This document shows positions 1 to 10,366 of a stretch of DNA of 29,303 nt, piece by piece. A program made the position numbers and the translations under genes. The notes beneath the pieces are model-generated. The model ran no database searches. It saw only the letters and a list, made by a program, of their open reading frames with translations, and was not told the DNA's origin. The DNA is taken from contig LVLI01000003.1 of the NCBI GenBank assembly GCA_001687465.1, positions 62,001 to 91,303 of the forward strand, written 5' to 3'. Within the stretch, counting starts at the first letter, position 1; each line of letters begins with the position of its first letter. This stretch comes from Halocafeteria seosinensis (lineage: Eukaryota).

Positions 1-1189
1 ATGGGTTCCGTGTCAGCGTCGACTGACCGGATTCATTCCCACTTGTCGGACCCAGCGGTTCCGTATCTTCGAAGGACCAAGATGCACCGGTGTGCCATAA
101 TGTCCTCTTCGCGGCGTTTTCGCTTGCAACTTCTCTAGGGCTCTTCGCTTGTAAAAAGCCAGCTGCCTTTAGTTCTTCGTTGAATGTCCCTGGCTCACCA
201 TGTTTCCCAGTAGCTGCTAGAATGTCGGACTCTAAGCGTTGCTGGAATTTCTCAAGGGCCTCGTCGAAACCGGGGTCTGTAGAACCATCCTCGAAAGGCG
301 CCATTTCTTCCACGTACTCACGTAAGGAATCCCGCAGTTCAACAAGTCGATTGATGACGGGAGTGGTATCTGCTCCAGGCTCACTGGTGTTAGGAGGAGT
401 TTGCTCCGTGCGCTTTGTAGTTGCACTACGCACAACGGCCGAACAACCCCTCGCAGCCTTCAGAGCATCTATATTTAGCTTTGCCATAAGCCGTCGCTCT
501 TGTTTGAATTCACCATCGGTATTTTGGCTGGTAGCATTGTCCAATTTCTCATTAGAGTCGCTTGGAAATCCCTGATACGGGTCTGACAAGGACCAGTTCA
601 GCTTGACTCCACTAGCTAGAAAAGCCCGGACTGAACTACTGACAGCTGCACTTTCATCGTCTACAGGGTTCCCTGCATCTTCATGTCGTTTATCATATCT
701 AATGATTGGGTCACCAGAATCCCATTTCGATGGCAATTCGTCGTGTCTTGGCTGTGCTCTACTTGGGACGGAATTCGTGCTCTCAGAGATGTCCCCACTC
801 TTATCGGCGACACGGCCATTACATTTTGCTGGTAGCCCATCCTTTTTGGAAAAGGTACGGTTCTTCGTATCGAGATGATTATACGCATACCGGTCTCCCG
901 TTGGCTGGTTCGTGCTCGCGCTGCAGAAGGCATGTTTGTGGAGGTGGCAAACAGGCACGCCACTTTCGTTCATTCCCATAACGTCCTGGATGACCCGCGC
1001 AGCGCTGTGTTGTCCATCTTCATACTCTTGCCTCGTTTCCGAGGAAGGGGACTTATCCGGTGGGGCGAAGCAAAACGAGGCGTCAATTCCCGCGTCCTGG
1101 AAATTCTTCACGACATTACGAGTTGCGTCTTCGTTGAAGTTTTCCCAAGCGCTCACGGCTCGCAGGGCCTGAGCCTGTTTTCCCTTCAT
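1..1189 (-). CDS. Host hypothetical protein, 3' end runs off the window
   Basis: Manual translation from the ATG at 1189 (MKGKQAQALRAVSAWENFNED...) gives about 396 codons with no stop up to position 1, so it is absent from the ORF track. The + strand ORFs 90..575, 603..878 and 912..1172 are its antisense shadows. No domain recognised. Confidence 0.65.
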   Translation of the reverse strand, partial: MKGKQAQALRAVSAWENFNEDATRNVVKNFQDAGIDASFCFAPPDKSPSSETRQEYEDGQHSAARVIQDVMGMNESGVPVCHLHKHAFCSASTNQPTGDRYAYNHLDTKNRTFSKKDGLPAKCNGRVADKSGDISESTNSVPSRAQPRHDELPSKWDSGDPIIRYDKRHEDAGNPVDDESAAVSSSVRAFLASGVKLNWSLSDPYQGFPSDSNEKLDNATSQNTDGEFKQERRLMAKLNIDALKAARGCSAVVRSATTKRTEQTPPNTSEPGADTTPVINRLVELRDSLREYVEEMAPFEDGSTDPGFDEALEKFQQRLESDILAATGKHGEPGTFNEELKAAGFLQAKSPREVASENAAKRTLWHTGASWSFEDTEPLGPTSGNESGQSTLTRNP

Positions 1190-1899
1190 TTACGACACCG
1201 TGCGTGACCACCGTATCCTACGCCGGAACGGAAGTTCAATCTTTCCGCCAATCGTGTTCTGCATGAACCGAAAACTGAAGTGGGAACCCTGATACGCGCC
1301 GACCGATTCGTTGCAGTTCAAAACCTTTTTTGTAGTTTCCACATAGGGAACTAGAAGGGGGAATCTCTGGTTGAAGTTCCCTTCCTACCTCCACTTTCTA
1401 TTTTCAAAAGGCCACTTACTTATTCTGCAGCCACCATAGAGCACAGCGGATTTCGCTAGCATGTGTTTAGTTCTTGTACGAGTATACGGTTCAGCTATCG
1501 ATCATCACTCGTCCCTGGTATCTAGCAGTCGAATGGCATCTGTATACTGTACAGCCCCGCTTTTCCCACTTTTCTTGGTACGTAATGAACGTTCTCTTTT
1601 CTTCGATGAATAGAACTCTCCACTCAGTGAATCATTTGCAGGCACCATGAGTCCCAATCAGCAACAATTGGAACTGGTCTCGCTCGAGTAATACTTCACT
1701 TAAAGAAATAGAATTGAACTCCCAGCAACTGCACTCGCCGTAGGACGTCGGTCATGCCTCGTCCTACCAGTGCCGTTGGGTTGTGAAGTTGAAGTTGTGA
1801 AGTGTTCAAAATGATTGCAAGTTGAATTCCATCTGGAATTTAGAAGTGTTTTCGAAGTTTTCCTTGTCTAATGGCGGTAGAGAGGGCGTTCCGGTCAAC

Positions 1900-4177
1900 A
1901 TGGAGGAAGTACTCAATACTTCCCAGGCTCTCTGTAAGAGACTAGGGAATGACCAAGTGAGCGTGGAGGAGGCCCTATCCCGGGCGTACATGATACCGGA
2001 CTTGACGAAAGAGTCCTTAGATAAATATGTGGAATGGAGTGAACGAGATAAGCGTAGATATCGCTTATCGTCTGTGGAAAATGGCAGCAAGGACACAGAT
2101 GTACTCCAAGACGACCCGTTAGCCGAATTATTCCAAACTACTGAGAGCGCTGCAGAGGAAGAGAGTCGACAGGAACGCCAGACGCGATGGTTCAGGACGA
2201 TGGAGCATCCATCCCGTTTGTCCCCTTTGGTTAATTATTGCAGCTCAATTACTGCTTGTCTAAAAGGAGCGAATGAAGTGTCGACCAACTTCTGTGATAA
2301 CGTGATAGATGCTCTGACTCTGCTCTTACTGGATGTACCTCCGGCTTTTGATTCCTTGCAGCAAGGCTTGCCGAGTGATATTACGGATAATTTCTCAGTC
2401 GAATCTTTGTTTATTGCATGCTCTAAGGCTTACATCACGAGGAGTAGGGCTATAATGTCTACGTTCAAAACCTGCCTGGCTGCCAGCAATTCCTGGAAGC
2501 AAGCTGCAGGGAGGCAAACATGTATCCGTCGACTAGCAGCTGCTGCACACACACTCTTTCGACTGTATGAAGCGCTTCCTTTGGATCCCTGCAATTTAAG
2601 TCCGCACTCCAGGTTATCAAGTGATTTCTACTGTTCATGCGCTGATATCTCAAAGGTTTTGCACGTGCTCCTGGACGTTTCGGATTCAGGTTAGTACGGA
2701 TTCCATGCCGTCCCAACGACTGAGTCTTATTTCGTTTGTGCGTGGTATGCAGCTCAATTTCTTAGAGGCTTGAATGGAAGGATGATGGAAAGCTCTGTTC
2801 GCTTTTTCATCAGATACCCTTCTTGCTTTGAAGTATTTGATCTTCTTCGGCACATACTAAGATCGTTAAATACTGGGACTACTCACTTTGCCATCTCAAT
2901 GCTACGAGGTATATTTGAGGATGACCGTGGACTGAGGGTATTGCATGCAAATTTGCATTCCTACGACAAGTTTCTATATGTTTTTGAGCTCTTCTCCACA
3001 TCAGTTAAAGTTCATGACAGAGTACAGGTATGTTCGCGCTTTTGCCGTAAGATTGAGTATGGATGTAGATACGAACAAGCTGATTCAATTGTATTGCAGG
3101 CTGAGTTCGTTCAACTTGGTGGACTGCAGCAACTGACGACGTTAGTGGAGCGCAGTTTGGACGATATGGATCACATGGTGCAGAGCGATACTTACAGTGC
3201 TCACAGAGCGACCACCTTCTTTTTCGAATTGTTTCACAAGTGCTGCTGGGACGAAATGCTTAGGAGCACCTTCCTGACAGACCCAGTGTTTGCCCAGCAA
3301 CTGTGCTCAGTGATATCGCGGATGACTTGCTTCGGCGTGAGCCGCCTGGGAAGTAGTCCCCTCAATTCTCAGGAACTCGAGTTCATTCTTCTCAGCAGTT
3401 CGGCTCTTGGTATCCCGTTTGCATTTTCCCAGGTGCTCCCTTTCGATAATATCAAAGGCACCCATTTTATCGAAGTGGTTCATTTGCTTTGCTTTCGATA
3501 CTTCGACGACATTGTGGATTCCGGAGACCCCCTTATTTTCCATGTGCTTGCTGAATTTTATGACAATTTGGCTCTCCAAGGTATTTCGGAATCAGTGCTC
3601 CTAGCGCATGTTTTTGGTTTTCATCTTGCTCTCTGTTCGTGTCTTGCTCAGCAAACTCGCACCAATACTTTGATATAGTGATGGGGTATCTCGTCTACAA
3701 CAAACTCCAGGAAGGCTCAGGAAATGATGCAGCCGCGTTAAGAGCTGGCGATGCTCTGAACAGGTTTTTGCAAAATGGTAAGAATTCCCTGGCTAGTGGA
3801 TACATCAATAATTGCCATTGAATGTCCATTCTCTCGTGTTCCATCGTACTACAGAGAGTTGTAGGCAGTTGCTGAATTTCTCGCAACACTATTTTAACTT
3901 TACCGAGGCGTGGGTGCGAGGGTTCATATATCTTTTCCACAGCCATATTCACACTCTATGGATTCAAGAAAAGCAACAAAGAGAGCCAAAATGGATGCAG
4001 TTTCCAGTTAGACTCTCACGGATATTATTTGATTACATGTTGTATCACCAACGGAAGGGGCTCTTGTGTTCATCTCAGCAGCGAGGCAGAACCATTCTAC
4101 ACATCAAGATCACAGTCACTGCTGTGGTGGCGTGCATCTTATTATCTTATTGTTTATATAGGTTGATGCATACATAA
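1900..4177 (+). CDS. Host multi-exon hypothetical protein (helical, C-terminal hydrophobic segment)
   Basis: ORFs 1822..2694, 2770..3678, 3639..3821 and 3812..4177 join in frame through GT-AG introns 2690-2752, 3581-3651 and 3778-3854, with a probable extra in-frame intron at 3028-3099. Likely ATG at 1900 (MEEVLNTSQ). Ends in a TM-like ITVTAVVACILLSYCLY. Confidence 0.65.
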
Positions 4178-4231
4178 GTACGGATAAAGTCTATTTTGAT
4201 GGAAGCAAACGAATATCTGGCCTCAGCATAC

Positions 4232-5586
4232 TTAGCTCTTCACGGGGCCGCCCTTGCCTCCAGTGGTCTTCAAGCCAACAAGCGTTTTGAAACTATCATA
4301 GATCCACCACTGAAGACCTGTGAGAGTACCGATCATCAGAATACGAGGGACAAGACCGCTAAGGGCAAGGTTGAAGAAGCCGTGCTCTTTAATGATGGCA
4401 CCAATACCACCACCGGACTTCTGGTTCAACTTCGAGACAATGGTATCAGGTGCTTGAGATACAATGGCACACAAGACACCAGCGGTGTATCCGGAAAGGA
4501 AAGTGACAAGGAGCTGCGTGCTCTTGGTGTAGCTCTCCTTGGGGGCAGTGAAAACGAATGTATAGAATCCTTCGACCACACGCTCGAAGGCAGCGAACTT
4601 CACCATGGTATAAGGAATCTGACGTCCCCATAGAGGTCCAAGACCCTTGAAAAATCCGTTCATTCCTTCGTTTTGCTTGATACGGCTAACAGCGTCCTTA
4701 AGGTTGAGCGGGAATTTCGCATCCTCGGGAGAGGTTTGCATCCGTACTTTCACAGATTCCATTGGGCACAAAGCAACATCAGCAATGAATTCAGCAGATG
4801 CGGAGGCACACAAGAAAATTCCAGTCCGCCACTTGAATGCGGTTTCGGGGTCAAAGAATCCAGAGTACAAGTCCTGCATTTGACCACGTCGTCAAGAATA
4901 TCGGATGCGCAATAACAACCATATTAGAGCACATACCTTGAAGATCTCGTAAAATCCGAACTTGCAGAACCCTTGCATGCTATATCCAATCAAAGTGGGT
5001 GCCCAACCGATGGTGTATCCTCCTTGCTTGCCGAGCGTAGAGAAGCCGCTTATGATTCCCGGGTAGAGTTCGGGGTTGGTCTGTGAATCAAAAGAACAAA
5101 AAGGGGGTTGGTAACTCTCAAGGGCGCACAGTGGGGGAGCCCAGTAGTACAGGGACATTGAGTCTTCCCTACCAAATCGGGCTTTATACAAGAACAAATG
5201 ACCATTCTATGCTCCATGCCGTGTATAGCACACAAGCACCCTTTTCCTCATGACGTATGAGATGTCCCTCATGTCCGCGTGTTTAGCGCCATTCAGCTAA
5301 TTTCGTGGAAGGACGATAAATTGCTTACCTGCATTCTGCATTTGACGATATCCAATGGAGTGATGGCTGTATGCGTGAGACCGCATGAGAGGATTCCTCC
5401 AGTCATGCACTTGGCGTAGTAGCTGGCATCATGCTCTTTATCGTGCCCTAAGAAAGCGGTCATGGGCTTTTCGCTCGTGGTGGTCGTAACATCTTTTTGT
5501 TGTTTCAGCTGAGGGGAGCTCACAGGGGCTGGGAGGAGCGACATGCTCCCTCCAAGAGCGCTTGGATCATACAGATTACGAAACAT
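4232..5586 (-). CDS. SLC25A3: Mitochondrial phosphate carrier (SLC25A3/Pic2/Mir1 family), 3 exons, about 347 aa
   Basis: Exons 5586-5329, 5080-4937 and 4873-4232 are in frame across GT-AG introns. Three carrier signatures ([30 protein letters not shown]) and family motifs [24 protein letters not shown] and [18 protein letters not shown]. Confidence 0.95.
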
Positions 5587-6327
5587 TGTGTCTATCTAAA
5601 AAGATAAGGATTTCGGACTCCTTTACCGTGCGAAGCAAAAGTCTAACGATGTCCCGAGGAAAAGCTAGCCAGAAACGCACTTCTGCTAACCCTTTACAAT
5701 CCGTACGACTCTAACTTCTTGGCCCTGGCAAGGAGATTCCTCCCAGGTGCGGAAAACATGTAGGAAGGAAGCGGAACCGAAGTTCCAACTTCCAGGATTG
5801 TATAAGTTGGTGCCTCCTCCGAACCAGTTTGCCTATAGGACCCTACACATAGAAATGTGAATCGTGCGAGAAGGAAGACAGCAGCAGCTAGCTCTGCCGC
5901 AATCATCGGCACTCAGGCAGGAGATTCCTGTCCAGGTGGCTGAGGCCAGCCCAGGTCACGTTTGAAGGATTCCCAGTCCACCGAGAATTCAGACAAGGAC
6001 GCACCACTTTGAAGGGGATACCTTAATGTAACGGAGGCTCTACTACTTCAGCTGTCGCGGCCGTGAGACATTACCTGGTAGTAGACCGAGATACACCGTG
6101 GCCTACCGACTACGAGAACTACCAAGGGTAGTTACGGACCCTCACGCTCCCGATTGCCCTTCACAATTGCTCAACGCTAGCATCTGGCATGATTGGAAGG
6201 CTAACCGAGAACTTAGAGGAAGCTTGGTGCAGCCTGAACTTTCCCGCCGGAATTCCTGTCGATTCCTAACGATAGATTCCGCATCGGTGGATCCTTTAGC
6301 GCAACATACCATGACGTTAGCTCTGTA

Positions 6328-6359
6328 TACCATAGGATGCAGAAATAAGGGCCGATTCT
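6328..6359 (+). repeat. Left TIR of the pogo-like transposon
   Basis: Reverse complement of 8166-8197 at 31 of 32 positions. The core AAGGGCCGATTCT is repeated subterminally at 6399-6411. Confidence 0.92.
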
Positions 6360-6584
6360 CTCGTAACTTGAAGTTGCAAATTTTCAGATGTCAATTTAAA
6401 GGGCCGATTCTACAAAACGGTCATATTTGGATTATTTGAGGGTGTTTGATGGATTGTAAACCATCAAGATATAAAGAAAATACATTTGCATTGTACTATA
6501 TTTCTCTTACATGGATTATATTTCCATAGGAGTGGAGAAAATGGATGGGACAGTCTCGTGGCTCGACTGCGCGCCAAAAATTGG

Positions 6585-6875
6585 CTAAAAAGCACTAACG
6601 TGGTCCTCCTGGAGAGATGACGCATGCTTCCAGGTGTTTTCAGTGTATGTATAACCTTTCCACTTGACAAGAAGGTGCTGTTCTTCTTTGTCTTTCTGCA
6701 AGAAGCTCTCCACATCAAACTGGCTAGGTGGTAAGTCATGCGCACATGGATCCGAATCCGACTGTTCCTCTTGGTCAATGGCCTCTTGCAGCTGCTTTAC
6801 AAGAAAGGATTTTCGGAACCCTAGCACCGGTAAACCCCTTGCTTTGTACATTAGCTCTAACTCAGAACGGGTCAT
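6585..6875 (-). pseudogene. SAP-like domain plus chromodomain fragment inside the transposon
   Basis: MTRSELELMYKARGLPVLGFRKSFLVKQLQ fits the SAP consensus (LtvaELkelLkarGLpvsGkKaeLverL). FDVESFL...LLVKWKGYTYTENTW fits the chromodomain consensus with F/W/Y cage residues. Confidence 0.75.
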
Positions 6876-6899
6876 GCAAGAGGATCTCCCAGTATGACC

Positions 6900-8105
6900 G
6901 CTTGACCTGGAAGAAGTCGGGCGGCCAAATGCTTCGATTCTTCAATGGCTGCGCAATGCTCCGATGGTCCGCGCTGTTGGTACGTATTATATTCCCAGTC
7001 TTTGTGTAAAATCCATGTTTCAAATGTGGGAAGCAATTTGCCGCAGACTGTTCGATCCCGAAAGTGATGGTACGCGACGAAATTCGCTAAGGGCAGAATT
7101 GCTTTGTTTAGCAAGTTTTCCAGAATGCAATTGCGCCCCATCCGTTCGCTTAGATACAGCTCTCTTGCAGCTCCCCCGAAGCCGGCCTCATCTGCGTCGT
7201 CTTGAGATTGTCTGCAGGATATCAGTTCTTAACTTGTCCGCTACAACACCGAACACGCTCAAATCGCAAGGCTGCAGTTTGCAGGTTATACGGGCCGGAA
7301 TGTAGCTCAACCCAATCAGTGGATACTTAACTGATTGTGGATACTTTCCTTGCGGAATGACTTTCTGGTGTGCACGGGTGGAGCGCCTTTTGGCAATCCG
7401 GGAATAATGGCAGGAGTCTGACCACATGCTCATTCAATTTGGCCACGATTTACTCTTCAGACATCCAGTGGTCGATATTACTCTCATTTATGTATGCATG
7501 AAGTATTCGTATTTCGCCGAATAGCCGTGCCATGCGGCCTTATTGGGACGAAACGGAGATAGTTTGTTTTGGTGGGAACAACAACATGGGTCAACAGCAG
7601 TTCTCCACACGCATTCACCACGGGAGTCATGGTGGTCTGTCTTTTCTCGCTTGACGCAAGAAAGGAAGCAGGTTCAGTTCCCGCATAAATCGTCGTCTTC
7701 TACTTGCACCCGCTGCGGAGTAGAATTCTACATTCTTTCGTCCCTGGTACAAGTAGGTAAGAAGCGGCAATCTACACTCCAGGGTTATTATGGTTACTGA
7801 GGATGAATGTGATAGGTTCTCGTGCGTCAGAGCTGCCTACGACTCCTGGAAGGCGTGTGAGATGTGTGACTAAAGCTCGGCAGTCGAACTTCACAGTGTA
7901 CATTTTTCCGCAACGGGTTCGCGAACGTTCTGGACGTTCGCAACTTCAACCATCCCAAGGGGGAGGCAAAGGGGACACACAAAATGACCCCTGGCCACTT
8001 TTTCAGCCCTCTTGAGACCAAGAAATCGGGCAATATCTTTATAACCAGAAATGCTTTGAAAGCAAAAATTTGACAGAGTACATAAAATATGATTGCCTTC
8101 CTCAT
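6900..8105 (-). pseudogene. Frameshifted pogo/CENP-B-type (DDE_1) transposase
   Basis: Motifs in the expected order but in different frames with stops: PFASPLGWLK (HTH, cf. FxaSxGW), EKRQTTMTPVVNACGELL (about 7650-7590), HWMSEE (about 7470) and YIPARITCKLQPCDLSVFG (cf. lPpntTsklQPlD). Confidence 0.8.
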
Positions 8106-8165
8106 GGTATTGCTCTCTATCCAATTGAAGACCTGAATAAAGGCGGCAATAATAAGGGCACATTT

Positions 8166-8197
8166 AGAATCGGCCCTTATTTCTGCATCCTAGGGTA
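8166..8197 (-). repeat. Right TIR of the pogo-like transposon
   Basis: AGAATCGGCCCTTATTTCTGCATCCTAGGGTA, an inverted copy of 6328-6359. Confidence 0.92.
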
Positions 8198-8608
8198 TAT
8201 AACCAAGAGGCAGAAGCGAAACCAGTTGAATTCTTTTGGAACAAGAATATGAACACCAAACCCAAATTTAAGGTTGGGACAAATGTAAGAATTAGCAGAG
8301 TTAAAGGGAAGTTTGAGAAAGAAGTAAGTCAAAATTGGAGTGAAGAGATTTTTCGAATAAGTGAAGTAAAAAAGACAGATCCACCCACGTATAAAATTCA
8401 GGATATAGAAACAGGTGAAGAAATCGAAGGTATTTTCTATGAACCGGAGCTTCAGGCGACTCGAGTAGATCCACAACAATACTTAGTTGAAAAAGTTATT
8501 AAAACAAGAAAAAGAAAGGGACAACCGAAAGAAGTATTGGTCAAATGGTTGGGATTTCCGGACTCAAGAAATACCTGGATTCCAGCTAGCGAAGTTAAAG
8601 ACATTTAG
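8198..8608 (+). pseudogene. C-terminal fragment of a Polinton/Maverick-type rve integrase (SH3-like region plus chromodomain)
   Basis: PKFKVGTNVRIS...FEKEVSQNWSEEIFRI...PPTYKIQD..GEEIEGIFYEPELQ followed by YLVEKVIK...VLVKWLGFPDSRNTWIP is the typical Polinton integrase tail. The frame is open back to the transposon junction (8198 YNQEAEAKPVEFFWNKN). No DDE core is present. Confidence 0.85.
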
Positions 8609-8630
8609 AAGAATAAAAAAAACACTATGG

Positions 8631-8675
8631 TTCTTTTTGACTCTACTTTTTCTTGGAAAGAAAAAGAGAATATTT
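8631..8675 (+). terminator. Intergenic hairpin repeat B, copy 1
   Basis: TTCTTTTTGACTCTACTTTTTCT-tggaa-AGAAAAAGAGAA downstream of the integrase stop. Near-identical to 11574-11618 apart from the loop. The terminator role is inferred. Confidence 0.6.
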
Positions 8676-8695
8676 CTTAGAATAGTATATAGAAA

Positions 8696-9472
8696 ATGGA
8701 AGATGAAAAAGATAACCTACATATTGGAATAGAACCAGGTGTTTACAAAATGATCATTTCGGTTGAAGAATTGCGAGAAGTCAAATATTTTTTGAATAAA
8801 GGAGCTGACAAAGAATTGGTTATTATTCAAAGTGTATTAAACGGAGACTTAGAAATATTTAGGTATTGTATTGAACAAGGAGCAACAATAAGCTTTATAT
8901 TTCCGTTTTTGTATGCGAAAGCTATAGAAGAGAAACAAAAAGATATTTTAAGGGAACTTTTTGAGTATCATTGTCCAAAGTATAAACAAAAAGATTTTTT
9001 ACTTGATGCACTTCACGGAGCGATTGAAAACTGCTTTAAAGAAGGTGTTAAGTATTTAATTGAAAAAGGGGCTTCTGTTCCAAATATCAGTGGCAGGAAA
9101 ATCACAAATTATATTAAAAAAGAAAGAGATGATTTCTTTGATTATGTTGAAATTTTTAGTTATCTGTTTTCTGCTGGTTTAGAACTAACTAAGCTTAAGA
9201 AAAAGCAAAAATTGATTTTCTTCTCTGGCTTAGTTGATTTAAGTTGGCAGAAGCATAATCACAAAAGATTTTTAGAGAATCGAGGTTTTGAAATTATAAA
9301 CAACTTTTTCTATCAAACATATCCACATTTGAAAAACAGTGACGAAAATTGTATGATTTGTTTTGATAATGAAGTTAATAGGAAAACTTTAAATTGTCAT
9401 CACACACATGTTATATGCATAAATTGCCTAAATCATATGACAGCTTGTCCACTAGATGGGATACTCATATAA
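8696..9472 (+). CDS. Ankyrin-like repeat protein with C-terminal RING finger (putative E3 ligase)
   Basis: Ankyrin-like segments VLNGDLEIFRYCIEQGA and LHGAIENCFKEGVKYLIEKGASV. RING pattern CMIC-x11-CHHTHVICINC-x6-CPLD. Confidence 0.8.
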   Translation: MEDEKDNLHIGIEPGVYKMIISVEELREVKYFLNKGADKELVIIQSVLNGDLEIFRYCIEQGATISFIFPFLYAKAIEEKQKDILRELFEYHCPKYKQKDFLLDALHGAIENCFKEGVKYLIEKGASVPNISGRKITNYIKKERDDFFDYVEIFSYLFSAGLELTKLKKKQKLIFFSGLVDLSWQKHNHKRFLENRGFEIINNFFYQTYPHLKNSDENCMICFDNEVNRKTLNCHHTHVICINCLNHMTACPLDGILI

Positions 9473-9477
9473 CATAC

Positions 9478-9550
9478 TTTTTAATCTCGACGAACGTTAG
9501 TTCTAGAGATAAGAAAATTTCTTAAACCAAAGGTTTGGCGAAAGTTTTAC
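9478..9550 (+). repeat. Multi-hairpin repeat A, copy 1
   Basis: TTTTAATCTCGACGAACGTTAGTTCTAGAGATAAGAAAATTTCTTAAACCAAAGGTTTGGCGAAAGTTTTAC, just after the ankyrin-RING stop. Other copies at 10272-10331 (+) and 11486-11556 (-). Confidence 0.9.
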
Positions 9551-9562
9551 CTAATTGTTATA

Positions 9563-10276
9563 ATGAAATTAGGTAAAAAATTAGGTTCAGCTTTTAAATT
9601 GGGCGTGAATTTTAGCGACCCCATTGGAAACCAAAGAATAGGAAGAAACATAAGTGAACTATTTAGCTTTGATAGAGGAAACGTTGACGAATTAAATACA
9701 AATGAAAAGCTAAGTGTGTTAATGAGCTCACAAGCTTATAAAAAAGTTCAAGACCGTGAAAATGTAAGTGACTTTAGATATATAGAGCAACTAAGCAACC
9801 AATTTACAGCAGTCTATTTTAAAGCTGAAACAAATACTTTATTTATTGCTTTCAAAGGTACAAGCACAATTGGCGACGTTTTTACAGATATTGAGTTTGC
9901 AAGTGGTGCAGAAAATATAAGTGTTAGTTTTAATAATGCTCTGGCAACTTTTGACGCTGTTGTTCAAAATATTCGACCTTCAAAAGTTTATCTATGTGGG
10001 CATTCTCTTGGTGGTGGATTTAGTTTATTTGTAAACATGCGTAGGGAAGATATTAGCCACACTTATGCAATAAATCCAGCTTTTAACCTTACAAATATAG
10101 CACAATCGCTTAAAAATTCACAAATCAAAAGCGTAACAATTTTAAAAACCCCAGATGATGCAGTGAGTTTTTTAAGTTTATTTTCTCGTTTCAATGTTAA
10201 AACTATCCCAGTACCTGAGCCAAATATTATTGGAAATCATCAATTAGGAACTTTTATGGATTTGGCGAATATTTAA
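9563..10276 (+). CDS. Class 3 lipase / alpha-beta hydrolase
   Basis: IAFKGTS..DVFTD oxyanion/lid motif, nucleophile elbow GHSLGG, candidate Asp (PDDAVS) and His (GNHQL). Confidence 0.9.
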   Translation: MKLGKKLGSAFKLGVNFSDPIGNQRIGRNISELFSFDRGNVDELNTNEKLSVLMSSQAYKKVQDRENVSDFRYIEQLSNQFTAVYFKAETNTLFIAFKGTSTIGDVFTDIEFASGAENISVSFNNALATFDAVVQNIRPSKVYLCGHSLGGGFSLFVNMRREDISHTYAINPAFNLTNIAQSLKNSQIKSVTILKTPDDAVSFLSLFSRFNVKTIPVPEPNIIGNHQLGTFMDLANI

Positions 10277-10331
10277 TCTCGTCGAACTTTAGTTCTAGAG
10301 ATAAGAAAATTTCGTTTTAGCGAAAGTTTTA
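10272..10331 (+). repeat. Multi-hairpin repeat A, copy 2 (third hairpin partly deleted)
   Basis: TTTAATCTCGTCGAACTTTAGTTCTAGAGATAAGAAAATTTC...GCGAAAGTTTTA. It supplies the lipase TAA stop and lies between convergent genes. Confidence 0.9.
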
Positions 10332-10366
10332 AGTAGTTTGGTTTTGAAATTACTTAAAATGATAAA

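Larger units (their letters stand above)
6328..8197 (-). mobile_element. Decayed pogo-like (IS630/Tc1/mariner superfamily) DNA transposon, 1870 bp
   Basis: 32-bp terminal inverted repeats with one mismatch (6328-6359 TACCATAGGATGCAGAAATAAGGGCCGATTCT; 8166-8197). TA on both sides (6326-6327, 8198-8199). Internal transposase remnants on the minus strand. Confidence 0.9.

Noticed and set aside
90..1207. + strand ORFs at the window start
   Set aside because: Shadows of the longer open minus-strand frame 1189 to 1.
4196..4915. + strand ORFs 4196..4633, 4647..4883 and 4673..4915
   Set aside because: Antisense to the well-supported phosphate carrier exon.
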